DNA of 64,000 nt. Origin: Gammaproteobacteria bacterium (GTDB lineage Bacteria; Pseudomonadota; Gammaproteobacteria; Eutrophobiales; Eutrophobiaceae). Each line of letters begins with the position of its first letter. Within the stretch, counting starts at the first letter, position 1. Below the pieces are notes generated by a model. That model searched no databases and was not told the origin of the DNA. It was given only the letters and a program-made list of their open reading frames with translations. A program made the translations under genes and the position numbers. Location: assembly GCA_965222155.1 (NCBI GenBank), contig CBDCTH010000012.1, positions 1,568,001-1,632,000 on the forward strand, read 5' to 3'. Positions 20,786 through 29,561 of the stretch are shown here, one piece after another.

Positions 20786-22834
20786 TCAATCTTCGTCCTC
20801 GGTCGGTTTGTATGCAGCGATCAGTTCTTTCTGTGTTTTCGCCGGCACGGGGTCATAATGACTGAAGCTCAGGGAATAGGAGCCTACCCCGCCGGTCATG
20901 GACTTCAGTTGTGATTGATAATTGTCCAACTCACTCAGCGGCACACTGGCTGTTATCGTCGTCATGCCTCCGGACAGCGCCAGGGTATTGCTGATACGTC
21001 CCCGTTTGCCGGATATATCTGCGTTAATATCACCCATGGCTTCATTCGGCGCAGTAACATTGATATTAACGATAGGTTCAAGCACCACCGGTCTGGCCTT
21101 GCTGAATGCGTCAAGAAAGGCCTTCTTGCCGGCAGCGACAAACGCCACTTCCTTGGAATCAACAGGGTGGTGTTTACCGTCATAGACTGTCACTCTTATA
21201 TCCTGCATGGGATTGCCGGACAAAGCGCCACTGTTCAGCGCCTGCCTGATGCCTTTCTCCACCGCAGGAATCAAGGGCTTGGGGATAACCCCGCCGACTA
21301 CGGCATCGACGAACTCAAAACCCGATCCTCGATTCAGCGGTTCAACTCTTAAGAAGACCTCACCGAACTGGCCTGCTCCTCCAGTTTGTTTCTTATGCCT
21401 GTGATGACCCTCAGCGTTAGCGCTGATGGTTTCCTTATAGGCTATCTTCGGGGGTCGCGTGGTCACATCCACGTTGTGACGGTGCTTCAGTTTTTCCAGC
21501 ATAATACGCAGGTGGAGTTCTCCAAGACCGCGAATGACCGTTTCATTCGTGGCCGCATTATGCTCTACGAGAAAACTTTGATCTTCCGCCTCAAGTTTGT
21601 GCAAGGCATCGGATATCTTTTGCTCATCTCCCCTGCTTTTTGTCTGTATGGCCAAGCCGTACATGGGAGCAGGAATATCGATTGACTGCAGGTGAACCTC
21701 ATCCTCATCATGGGAATCGTGCAAAACCGCATCAAAATGAATCTCATCGACTTTTGCGACGGCACAGATATCACCGGGCACACCCCGGTCAATTTCAATG
21801 TGCTCACTGCCCTGCAGTTTTAACAGATGCCCTACCTTGAATGGTTTACGTCCCTCACCGATAAATAACTGGCTATCCTTGGTTATTACCCCCTGGTGTA
21901 TCCTGAAAACACCCAGCCTGCCGACAAATGGATCAATATGGACTTTAAACACGTGGGCGATCACATTCTTGTCGGGATCCGGTTGAATATCGATCTGCTG
22001 CGCGGCATCACCCTCACCTCTGAAAACCGGAGGAGGATTACCCTCGCCGGGGTTTGGCATCAATTTAGCAAAAATGTCCAGTAACTCCTTCACGCCCACA
22101 CCCGTTTCTGCCGAAACAAAACATACAGGGATAAAATGACCTTCTCGTAATGCCTGCTCAAACGGCTCATGCAGTTGCTCCGGACTGATGTCGTCCCCTT
22201 GTTCAAGGTATTGCTCCATGAGCTCTTCGTCAAGTTCGACCACCTGGTCAACAATATTGACATGCGCCTCAGCAACAGAGAGGAAATCAGTTTCCCTGCC
22301 GTCTGACTGAAAGAAACAATCCACCACTTCGGCGCCACCTTCAGCCGGTAAATTCAGGGGCAGGCATTCGCTTCCGTAAGCTTCCCTGAGTTGTTGCAGG
22401 ATAGCCTCGAGATCAACGTCTTCGGCATCTATTTTATTTACGATCAACAGGTGGTCCATGCCCCTGTCTCCGGCCTGTTCCATCATTGTGCGGGTTACCA
22501 TTTCGACGCCCGATTGAGCATTAACAACCACTGCGCAGGTTTCCACGGCGGGTAGAATAGCCAAAGCACGGCCAAGAAAGTCAGGGTATCCCGGCGTATC
22601 GACGAGATTGACGTGGCTGCCGTGATAATCCAGGCTTGAAATGGCGCTATCCAGTGAATGCTGGTGTGTTTTTTCCTGAGGATCAAAATCACATACCGTT
22701 GTTCCCCGTTTTACCGAACCTTTCTGGTTGATCGCGCCGGCGTCGTGCAACAGGGCCTCAACCAATGTCGTCTTACCTGAGCCGCTGTGGCCTGTTATGG
22801 CTATATTTCGAATGTTTTCAGTAGTATAGGACAC
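20786..22834 (-). CDS. Elongation factor G paralogue (EF-G2-like)
   Basis: GHSGSGKTT, DTPG, NKID, GLGELHL, KKQTGGAGQFG; lacks RGITI and is not in the str operon. Confidence 0.9.
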   Translation of the reverse strand: MSYTTENIRNIAITGHSGSGKTTLVEALLHDAGAINQKGSVKRGTTVCDFDPQEKTHQHSLDSAISSLDYHGSHVNLVDTPGYPDFLGRALAILPAVETCAVVVNAQSGVEMVTRTMMEQAGDRGMDHLLIVNKIDAEDVDLEAILQQLREAYGSECLPLNLPAEGGAEVVDCFFQSDGRETDFLSVAEAHVNIVDQVVELDEELMEQYLEQGDDISPEQLHEPFEQALREGHFIPVCFVSAETGVGVKELLDIFAKLMPNPGEGNPPPVFRGEGDAAQQIDIQPDPDKNVIAHVFKVHIDPFVGRLGVFRIHQGVITKDSQLFIGEGRKPFKVGHLLKLQGSEHIEIDRGVPGDICAVAKVDEIHFDAVLHDSHDEDEVHLQSIDIPAPMYGLAIQTKSRGDEQKISDALHKLEAEDQSFLVEHNAATNETVIRGLGELHLRIMLEKLKHRHNVDVTTRPPKIAYKETISANAEGHHRHKKQTGGAGQFGEVFLRVEPLNRGSGFEFVDAVVGGVIPKPLIPAVEKGIRQALNSGALSGNPMQDIRVTVYDGKHHPVDSKEVAFVAAGKKAFLDAFSKARPVVLEPIVNINVTAPNEAMGDINADISGKRGRISNTLALSGGMTTITASVPLSELDNYQSQLKSMTGGVGSYSLSFSHYDPVPAKTQKELIAAYKPTEDED

Positions 22835-22919
22835 CTATTGACACCTCCTCTAGCTTGTTATTGCTGCCCCTGGCTGCTTGAATAATAACATAACCTGAAG
22901 TGCATTTTCGACAATGGCA

Positions 22920-24023
22920 TCAGGAAGGTAAATGGGCCTTCCCCAGGTAATCATGAGATTGCATTTCGATGAGTCTGCTGGCAGTGCGTTCATAAGATTT
23001 TGCGTGGCGCTTGCCGGTATATAACTCTGTTACTCCAACTGCCGCGCTGATAATCAGCTTAACATAACGGTCATAATACTCGTCCACCATTATGATAAAT
23101 CGCTTGACGCGATCATTGTCCAAGTCATCCATTTTCGGCACGTTTTCGATGAATACCGTTTGAAACTGTCTGGCAATTTCAATGTAGTCAGCCGCTCCCC
23201 TGGGACCACCACAGATATCCTGGAAATCAAACCAGACAACACCGGAAGCCAATCGTTTCACCTTTATATTACGACCTTCAATTTCTATGGTGGAATCGAT
23301 TCTGCCGGCATCCGGCGCTATATTAGCAAAACTTACCGCCAATTTCTCCCGCGCCTCAGCGCTCAGGGGATAATGGTAAATTTCGGCCTGATCCAGGTAA
23401 CGCAAGCGGTAGTCAACTGTACTATCCAGGTTAACAACCCTTGTATGTTGTTTGATTAACTCGATTGCGGGCAAAAACCGTTCACGCTGCAGTCCATCCC
23501 GGTAGAGCTTGTCAGGATGTTCATTGGAGGTTGCCACCAGGGTCACTCCCCGTTCAAACAGGGCATGGAACAAACCGCTCAACAGCATCGCATCGGTGAT
23601 GTCGGATACGTGGAATTCATCGAAGCAGATTACGCTGATATCTTGAGCCAGCTTGTCGGCAACCAGACGCAATGGCTCTTCGACATCTTTCAGTTGTTTT
23701 AATTCGGCATGTACCCATTGCATATATCGGTGAAAATGAACCCGCAGTTTATGCGTAAAAGGAAGACATTCATAAAACGTGTCAACGATATAAGTCTTGC
23801 CACTTCCGACGCTCCCCCACAGGTATAATCCTGTAACGGGCCGTTTCTGCTGCGTTGAAAACCGGGCAAAAAACCGTCTGGCCGGGTTTTTCTTGCCGGC
23901 AACGCGCGCAGACACCAACTCGTCATACAACAATTGTGTGTAGTTAATCACCGCTAATTGGAGCGGGTCAGGTATTATCCTGTCTTTATCAATATCAGAT
24001 TGGTATCGTTGTAAAGGAGTCAT
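22920..24023 (-). CDS. zapE: Cell division ATPase ZapE (AFG1 family)
   Basis: GLYLWGSVGSGKT, FDEFHVSDITDA, TSN, RLIEMQS. Confidence 0.93.
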   Translation of the reverse strand: MTPLQRYQSDIDKDRIIPDPLQLAVINYTQLLYDELVSARVAGKKNPARRFFARFSTQQKRPVTGLYLWGSVGSGKTYIVDTFYECLPFTHKLRVHFHRYMQWVHAELKQLKDVEEPLRLVADKLAQDISVICFDEFHVSDITDAMLLSGLFHALFERGVTLVATSNEHPDKLYRDGLQRERFLPAIELIKQHTRVVNLDSTVDYRLRYLDQAEIYHYPLSAEAREKLAVSFANIAPDAGRIDSTIEIEGRNIKVKRLASGVVWFDFQDICGGPRGAADYIEIARQFQTVFIENVPKMDDLDNDRVKRFIIMVDEYYDRYVKLIISAAVGVTELYTGKRHAKSYERTASRLIEMQSHDYLGKAHLPS

Positions 24024-24048
24024 AATTTAATATCGACCACTAAAATAA

Positions 24049-24744
24049 ATGACTATGTTGATAGGCATTGCAGGTTTTTGTTTATTATTGGTATTAATCC
24101 TGGGACCTCAACTCTGGACAAAATACATATTCAAACGCTATCACTCGTCAATAGACAAATTGCCCGGCACGGGTGGAGAGCTTGCCCGACACTTAATCAC
24201 CCGGTTGCAGTTGACCGGTTATAATGTCGAAGCGCTGGAAACAGACGGCGACCATTATGACCCTGAAAGCAAGACCGTCTGTCTGTCTCCCGACGTTTAT
24301 GAGCGAAAATCATTAACCGCCGTGGTCATTGCCGCCCATGAAATCGGTCATGCCTTACAGCATCATTCCGGCTTTAAACCCCTTTACCTGCGCTGGAAAC
24401 TCGCCAAGTATATCGCCTTTACCGAAAAAACAGCATCTATCATCCTTGTCAGCTTTCCATTTGTCAGTTTGCTGGTTAAATCACCCGTGGTGGGAATCCT
24501 GATGCTTGCCTCCGGCATCCTGATACTGCTCCTGCCCGTGATATTTCACCTGGTGACGCTGCCGGTCGAATGGGACGCCAGTTTTAACCGGGCATTGCCT
24601 TTATTGATACAAGGTAATTACCTACCCAAAAGTGCGGAACCCGTAGCCCGTCGGATCCTGACGGCAGCCGCACTGACCTACGTCTCGGCTTCCCTGTCCA
24701 GCCTGCTTAATTTCTACCGCTGGATCGCATTCCTGCGCAGGTAA
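24049..24744 (+). CDS. YugP-like membrane zinc metallopeptidase
   Basis: DHYDP, AAHEIGHALQ, TLPVEWDAS. Confidence 0.9.
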   Translation: MTMLIGIAGFCLLLVLILGPQLWTKYIFKRYHSSIDKLPGTGGELARHLITRLQLTGYNVEALETDGDHYDPESKTVCLSPDVYERKSLTAVVIAAHEIGHALQHHSGFKPLYLRWKLAKYIAFTEKTASIILVSFPFVSLLVKSPVVGILMLASGILILLLPVIFHLVTLPVEWDASFNRALPLLIQGNYLPKSAEPVARRILTAAALTYVSASLSSLLNFYRWIAFLRR

Positions 24745-24872
24745 CCCGCATAAAATAGTATTATCCGGACACCCATGATGAATAACAGTGACGTGATAAA
24801 GAGCGCCGGCGTCCCTGTGTCCGGCCAATCAAACCCTGATTCCAACTTCCGGGATAAGGCCGGATTTTTCAA

Positions 24873-26081
24873 CTACAACAACCAGTGGGGGGTAGGCAGG
24901 TTCAGCCGCAGCCGGCCGTAGACCTCTTTGATGATTTCTTCGTGCATCGCCTCGTGCATGGACATGGCGTTGATGTCGCGATGAAACCGTTGCATCTGGC
25001 TGCGTTCATGGAGCGCTGATCCCCCGGAATCCTGGAACAGGATATTCACCACTTCCCGACAGAGATGCATGGCGTGTACGCCGTATAGCCTTATGCGAGC
25101 CCGGTGTTCCGCACTCAATACCTTGGCATTATCGATTGCTGCCTCAAAACACAGGTCGCAGGCATGATCCGTCAGTAACCTGGCCGCTTCCAGTTTTGCC
25201 GTGACTTCGCCCAGGATGTGATGGGTTGAGGACAAGCGTTTTTTGGGAATATCTTCGGTATAGACCATCGGCCTGGCTGAGCGGCTTTGCAGCAGGTTTT
25301 CGTAGAATTCCAGCGCGCCTGCCGCGGCGCCCATGGTGGTGCCGGCGCTTAACGAAAGCACCAGTAACGCACCGAATGGCGCCCGGTAGAGTAACGGTCT
25401 TGCCGTCCCGCACTTGTGCGCCAGGGCGGTTTCCGCCTTCAGCATCCTGTGTTCGGGAACAAAGTATTCATCCGCTTTTAGACGTATGCTGTTGCTTCCC
25501 GTGGCCTTGAGACCGGCCACATACCAATCGTCGTTAATCGCGATATCATCGGGCGGCGCCAGGAAAAACGCTTTATCATGCCCCGGTGGCAGGCCGGGCA
25601 ACTGTGCGCCCAGCAGGAACCAATCAGCATGGTGACAACCGGAACCAAAGGGCCAGACACTGTTCTTCAGCAGGTAGCCGCCATCAACCCTGGTTGCGGT
25701 AGTTCGATCCGGCAGAATGCCGCTGACCCCCGCATTGGGGTCGGCGCCGAACACCTCTTCCTGGGCCTGTTCGGGAAATAAGGCCACTACGAAGCTGTGA
25801 CAGGACATGACGCTGTAAACCCAACTGGAAGATGGACAGCCCTTGGCAATTTCAGCCGCAATGCGCCAGAAATAACGAGGGTGCAACTCATACCCGCCGA
25901 AACGCACCGGCGCATAGGCGCGCAACAGGTCCGCCTGTTTCATGGCCCGGAAAGACTCCGCGTGAATTTGCCGCTGTTGCTCTGCCGCGCCGGCGCGTTC
26001 GCGCAAATCAGAGGCCACGACTCTGGCTCGATCAGTGAGGGTTGCGGCCAATTCCCGTTGATCGCTGAGAGCCGTATTCAT
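24873..26081 (-). CDS. Acyl-CoA dehydrogenase-fold flavin monooxygenase (HsaA/DszC-like)
   Basis: WPFGSGCHHADW, DDWYVAGLKATGS, QRFHRD. Confidence 0.85.
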   Translation of the reverse strand: MNTALSDQRELAATLTDRARVVASDLRERAGAAEQQRQIHAESFRAMKQADLLRAYAPVRFGGYELHPRYFWRIAAEIAKGCPSSSWVYSVMSCHSFVVALFPEQAQEEVFGADPNAGVSGILPDRTTATRVDGGYLLKNSVWPFGSGCHHADWFLLGAQLPGLPPGHDKAFFLAPPDDIAINDDWYVAGLKATGSNSIRLKADEYFVPEHRMLKAETALAHKCGTARPLLYRAPFGALLVLSLSAGTTMGAAAGALEFYENLLQSRSARPMVYTEDIPKKRLSSTHHILGEVTAKLEAARLLTDHACDLCFEAAIDNAKVLSAEHRARIRLYGVHAMHLCREVVNILFQDSGGSALHERSQMQRFHRDINAMSMHEAMHEEIIKEVYGRLRLNLPTPHWLL

Positions 26082-26090
26082 CCTGCCGGC

Positions 26091-26327
26091 TCAGAGGTTT
26101 TTATGGCTACCGTCACACAAATATGAATTGCCGCTGCGTTTACAGCCACACAACCACACAGACGTTGTCTCCGTCAACTCAAATCTGACCGGGCTAAACT
26201 CACTGCCGGCATGGGATCCATCACAAAAAGGCTGATTGGCGGAATGACCACATCTACACCAGAAATAAACACCTGCCTCAAGCTCCAGCCCATAAGGACT
26301 GCTTTGTGGGCATCCAGGTTCACTCAT
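26091..26327 (-). CDS. CDGSH iron-sulfur protein (two CDGSH motifs)
   Basis: WCRCGHSANQPFCDGSH and LCGCKRSGNSYLCDGSH. Confidence 0.92.
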   Translation of the reverse strand: MSEPGCPQSSPYGLELEAGVYFWCRCGHSANQPFCDGSHAGSEFSPVRFELTETTSVWLCGCKRSGNSYLCDGSHKNL

Positions 26328-26534
26328 AATATTTCCCCCATCTATTCTTTGTACCATGAAATAATCTCACAACAACATGGCTCGGACAAGCTGAATAAAA
26401 CGGCATCAGATGATTATTTTTCCTGTCCCTTCTGAATAATCTGCATTTTTTCCTCTTCCGAATGCCAACCGAACAGGCTCACCGGCATTGGGGTATGCTG
26501 CAATTACTGTTCTGGGTGGCGCCTTGCCAACCGC

Positions 26535-28076
26535 TTATGCTCTCTTGTACCTTGACTTTCCTTCAGCTATTGCAAGCTCCATCTGACCAGCAAAGCCGGC
26601 CGATTGAGATTCAATCAAACTGTGATACTGCTCAAGTTCCCCCAGTTCTCTCGCCACTTCTTTCAGTGACAGTCTTCTTAGAATTTCCACTGTAATGGGC
26701 CGTTTCTCGTCCCAGAATATCATTGACTCCAGAAATTCCATGGCGGGAACAGAAGTAATTAAACGATAAATAAATCTGGCTTCTTCCTCAGAATCGAAAG
26801 ATAGAAAATTCACAGTGTCATCGAATACTACAGTTTTTCCATCAAACAGCCCGACAAGATTAAATTTTAATCTTTTGTATAAGCCTGATATGACAATTTT
26901 CCATTGTTTGAAGGAATAAGACCCCACCCCGAACACAGAAAAATCCGGTTTGTTTTTGTAAATTGAACTTCTTCTTTTATCCAGATAATCCCTGTGTTCA
27001 ATTAAATATTTCCAGGTATCCGGGGATCTCTCTTTTATTTTTAAAGTATCCTCCCCAACTGTTTTTTGGGTTACTAACGCTACTTTTCTATAGGAAGTGA
27101 TCCTCCCGTTCCCGACATCTGAACCTTTCAACAGGGGATATAGGTAATCTTTTTCGCACTTGATGATTTTGCCCAGTCCATTTTTATAGCCATCGACAAC
27201 CGGCTCCAGTTCCATAATTTTTGAACAATCATGTTTGATTCCTGAGCGCCAGACATAGCGAGAGTCTTGTCCTTTTAAATGTCGCCATTTCTCGTAATGT
27301 TTGACATTACTGACAATGAACCCGTCCCTCTGGCCGATAACGCGGAAATAATTTACAGAATCCAGCGATTCATACACTTCACAATCTGCACTTCCGCTAC
27401 CCGTTGTCAGCACAAAAAGACATGCTTCCACTGATGCGCCAAAGTATGTACCAGCATCGACCAGGTAGATATGGCCCAAAAAACGACCTTCTGCACGTTG
27501 ACTGACTTGTCGCATTACTTTACGCGCAACCGAATATTTACATAGCATTGCTATTGCGCCGTCACGCTTCGAGAGCCAATTAACATGCCGCAACAGCATC
27601 CATTCGGAAATATCGAAATTGCCTGAACCCGTAATGGCCTCAATGCCTTTGCGGTTCTGAAAATTAGATTTTTCAGGAAGGTTTCGACTATTTAGAATAC
27701 CCAGGTCACTGCTTGTAACCCAAGGCGGGTTGCCGATTATAAGGATATATCCACTCAATCCGGACAATATTTGTTCCCAGTCAGTATCAAAAAAATTGGC
27801 TTTGATTACTGTTACACAGTCTGGTGCGGAAATATATCTCAGGGAAGAATTGGCATCCTTGATATGCCCGGGATTAATTTCAAATCCAAGAATATGAGCA
27901 TTCACAAATCCTTCATAAGCAGCCAGGACGAATGCGCCTTTGCCACAAGTGGGTTCAATAATTATATCAGGTTCGACCCCATGATTCTGTTTCAGAACTT
28001 TGATAACGTTTCTTGCCAGGCCAACAGGAGTCTGGAAATCACCATATTGCCGCTTGTCAATTGATTTCTTAGTCAC
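26535..28076 (-). CDS. Type II N6-adenine DNA methyltransferase (gamma class, NspV-like partner)
   Basis: YGDFQTP, IEPTCGKG (motif I), IGNPPW (motif IV); AT-rich. Confidence 0.88.
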   Translation of the reverse strand: MTKKSIDKRQYGDFQTPVGLARNVIKVLKQNHGVEPDIIIEPTCGKGAFVLAAYEGFVNAHILGFEINPGHIKDANSSLRYISAPDCVTVIKANFFDTDWEQILSGLSGYILIIGNPPWVTSSDLGILNSRNLPEKSNFQNRKGIEAITGSGNFDISEWMLLRHVNWLSKRDGAIAMLCKYSVARKVMRQVSQRAEGRFLGHIYLVDAGTYFGASVEACLFVLTTGSGSADCEVYESLDSVNYFRVIGQRDGFIVSNVKHYEKWRHLKGQDSRYVWRSGIKHDCSKIMELEPVVDGYKNGLGKIIKCEKDYLYPLLKGSDVGNGRITSYRKVALVTQKTVGEDTLKIKERSPDTWKYLIEHRDYLDKRRSSIYKNKPDFSVFGVGSYSFKQWKIVISGLYKRLKFNLVGLFDGKTVVFDDTVNFLSFDSEEEARFIYRLITSVPAMEFLESMIFWDEKRPITVEILRRLSLKEVARELGELEQYHSLIESQSAGFAGQMELAIAEGKSRYKRA

Positions 28077-28079
28077 TAT

Positions 28080-28709
28080 TCAGCGAACTTTTGATATGCC
28101 TGGCACAATTCCAGCTTCCTGGATAACCCTGCCATATTGGAGCCTCCACTGAAGGGCGTTGGATATTGTCAAATAACCTTGGTTGGGAGAAGCTTCTATA
28201 ATTTTGTCGGCAAGCTGTCCCGCTGCTATTTCGTCCACAGGCAAATTCCTTTCGATGATAAAGGCGATAATATCATCCTTGTTTCCGTCTCGTTTAAGAA
28301 TATCCAACAATCCTTTTGTTGTTTGAAAATCTGCCGTATGTTCCTTTTCGACGAAGATTACGTGTTGCATATCAAGCCGACTGGTCTCATTTACATCATT
28401 ATCAGTTTTCTCATAGACAAAAACGAGTATATGATAGCCAAGACCGAATATCTTCTGCGATGCAGATTTGAAAGGGCATGATGATTGCGGTTGCTTAATA
28501 CTGGTGACCTTGATATCTACTTCAAGATCAGGGAAATCTATTCCAGACGCGGAGTTACCTTGTTCATAGTCATAAATTTCTGCAAGGTATGTCCCGACAG
28601 CTTTTCCATCAGTTTTACCATAAAGAGAAGGCTCATTATGAGTGGCTTCCTTCTCTGCGAATTTCGATGCTCCTTCTTGCAAGGTTTTAATTGTCAATCG
28701 TGGTTTCAT
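28080..28709 (-). CDS. NspV-like type II restriction endonuclease (probable TTCGAA), apparently with an internal deletion
   Basis: LYGxTDGKAVGTY, GNSASGIDFP, DxKVTSIxQPQSSCPF, ISNALQWRLQY blocks match my recollection of R.NspV. Confidence 0.75.
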   Translation of the reverse strand: MKPRLTIKTLQEGASKFAEKEATHNEPSLYGKTDGKAVGTYLAEIYDYEQGNSASGIDFPDLEVDIKVTSIKQPQSSCPFKSASQKIFGLGYHILVFVYEKTDNDVNETSRLDMQHVIFVEKEHTADFQTTKGLLDILKRDGNKDDIIAFIIERNLPVDEIAAGQLADKIIEASPNQGYLTISNALQWRLQYGRVIQEAGIVPGISKVR

Positions 28710-28760
28710 GCTTCTCTCTTTGTATGGTATTGAGCAACCAATGGAGAACTGTCTTCTATT

Positions 28761-29513
28761 TTATGTCATCCGCCTCCTGAGTTCATACAGACAAACGCCG
28801 GCCGCCACTGACATATTCAGGCTCTCGACGGAACCATACATGGGGATTTTTACCAGTTGGTCGCAGTGGTTACGGGTGTTTTGACGCAGTCCACCTTCCT
28901 CCGAACCCATAACCAGCACGACCGGAAACGTCAACTCAATGTCGTAAAGGGTTTTATCCGCATCACCGGACGTCCCGATTATCTGGCAACCCGTTTCGCG
29001 CAACAGTCTCAGGCTGCGCGCAATGTTCGTGACCGTGATGATGTTGATGGTTTCCGCCGCCCCGCTGGCCACTTTTTTGACAGTCGCATTAAGCGGAGCC
29101 GAGTGGTCCTTCGGCAGGACCAGCGCGTCTACGCCGGCTGCGTCAGCCGTCCTGATACACGCGCCCAGATTATGTGGGTCCATTACCCTGTCGAGCGTCA
29201 GTATGATGCCGGCATCACCCAGGCCTTCGGCGCATAAATCGGCTATTGTCAGTTGTTTTTGTGTGTCGTCCGTGCGACATCTTGCCGCGATGCCCTGGTG
29301 ATTGTTTACCCCGGTTAACTTATCCAGTTTCAGGGGAGAAATAGACTGGATAGAAACCAGGGCTTCATCACAGGTACGCCGCAAGGCATCCAATTTTGTC
29401 GAGCGCGTCTTATTCTGCGCGATATAGATCTCCAGCACGTCATGGGAACGCCGGGACAGGACATGCCTGACCGCGTGATAACCATAAATGATTTCAACGT
29501 TTCTGCCGGGCAT
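28761..29513 (-). CDS. rlmB: 23S rRNA Gm2251 methyltransferase
   Basis: DPHNLGACIRTA, GSEEGG, SLNMSVA; downstream of rnr. Confidence 0.94.
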   Translation of the reverse strand: MPGRNVEIIYGYHAVRHVLSRRSHDVLEIYIAQNKTRSTKLDALRRTCDEALVSIQSISPLKLDKLTGVNNHQGIAARCRTDDTQKQLTIADLCAEGLGDAGIILTLDRVMDPHNLGACIRTADAAGVDALVLPKDHSAPLNATVKKVASGAAETINIITVTNIARSLRLLRETGCQIIGTSGDADKTLYDIELTFPVVLVMGSEEGGLRQNTRNHCDQLVKIPMYGSVESLNMSVAAGVCLYELRRRMT

Positions 29514-29561
29514 TTATTATCGCCACAAAGAAAGTAGAGTTAAGACAGGTTTGCCCTGATA

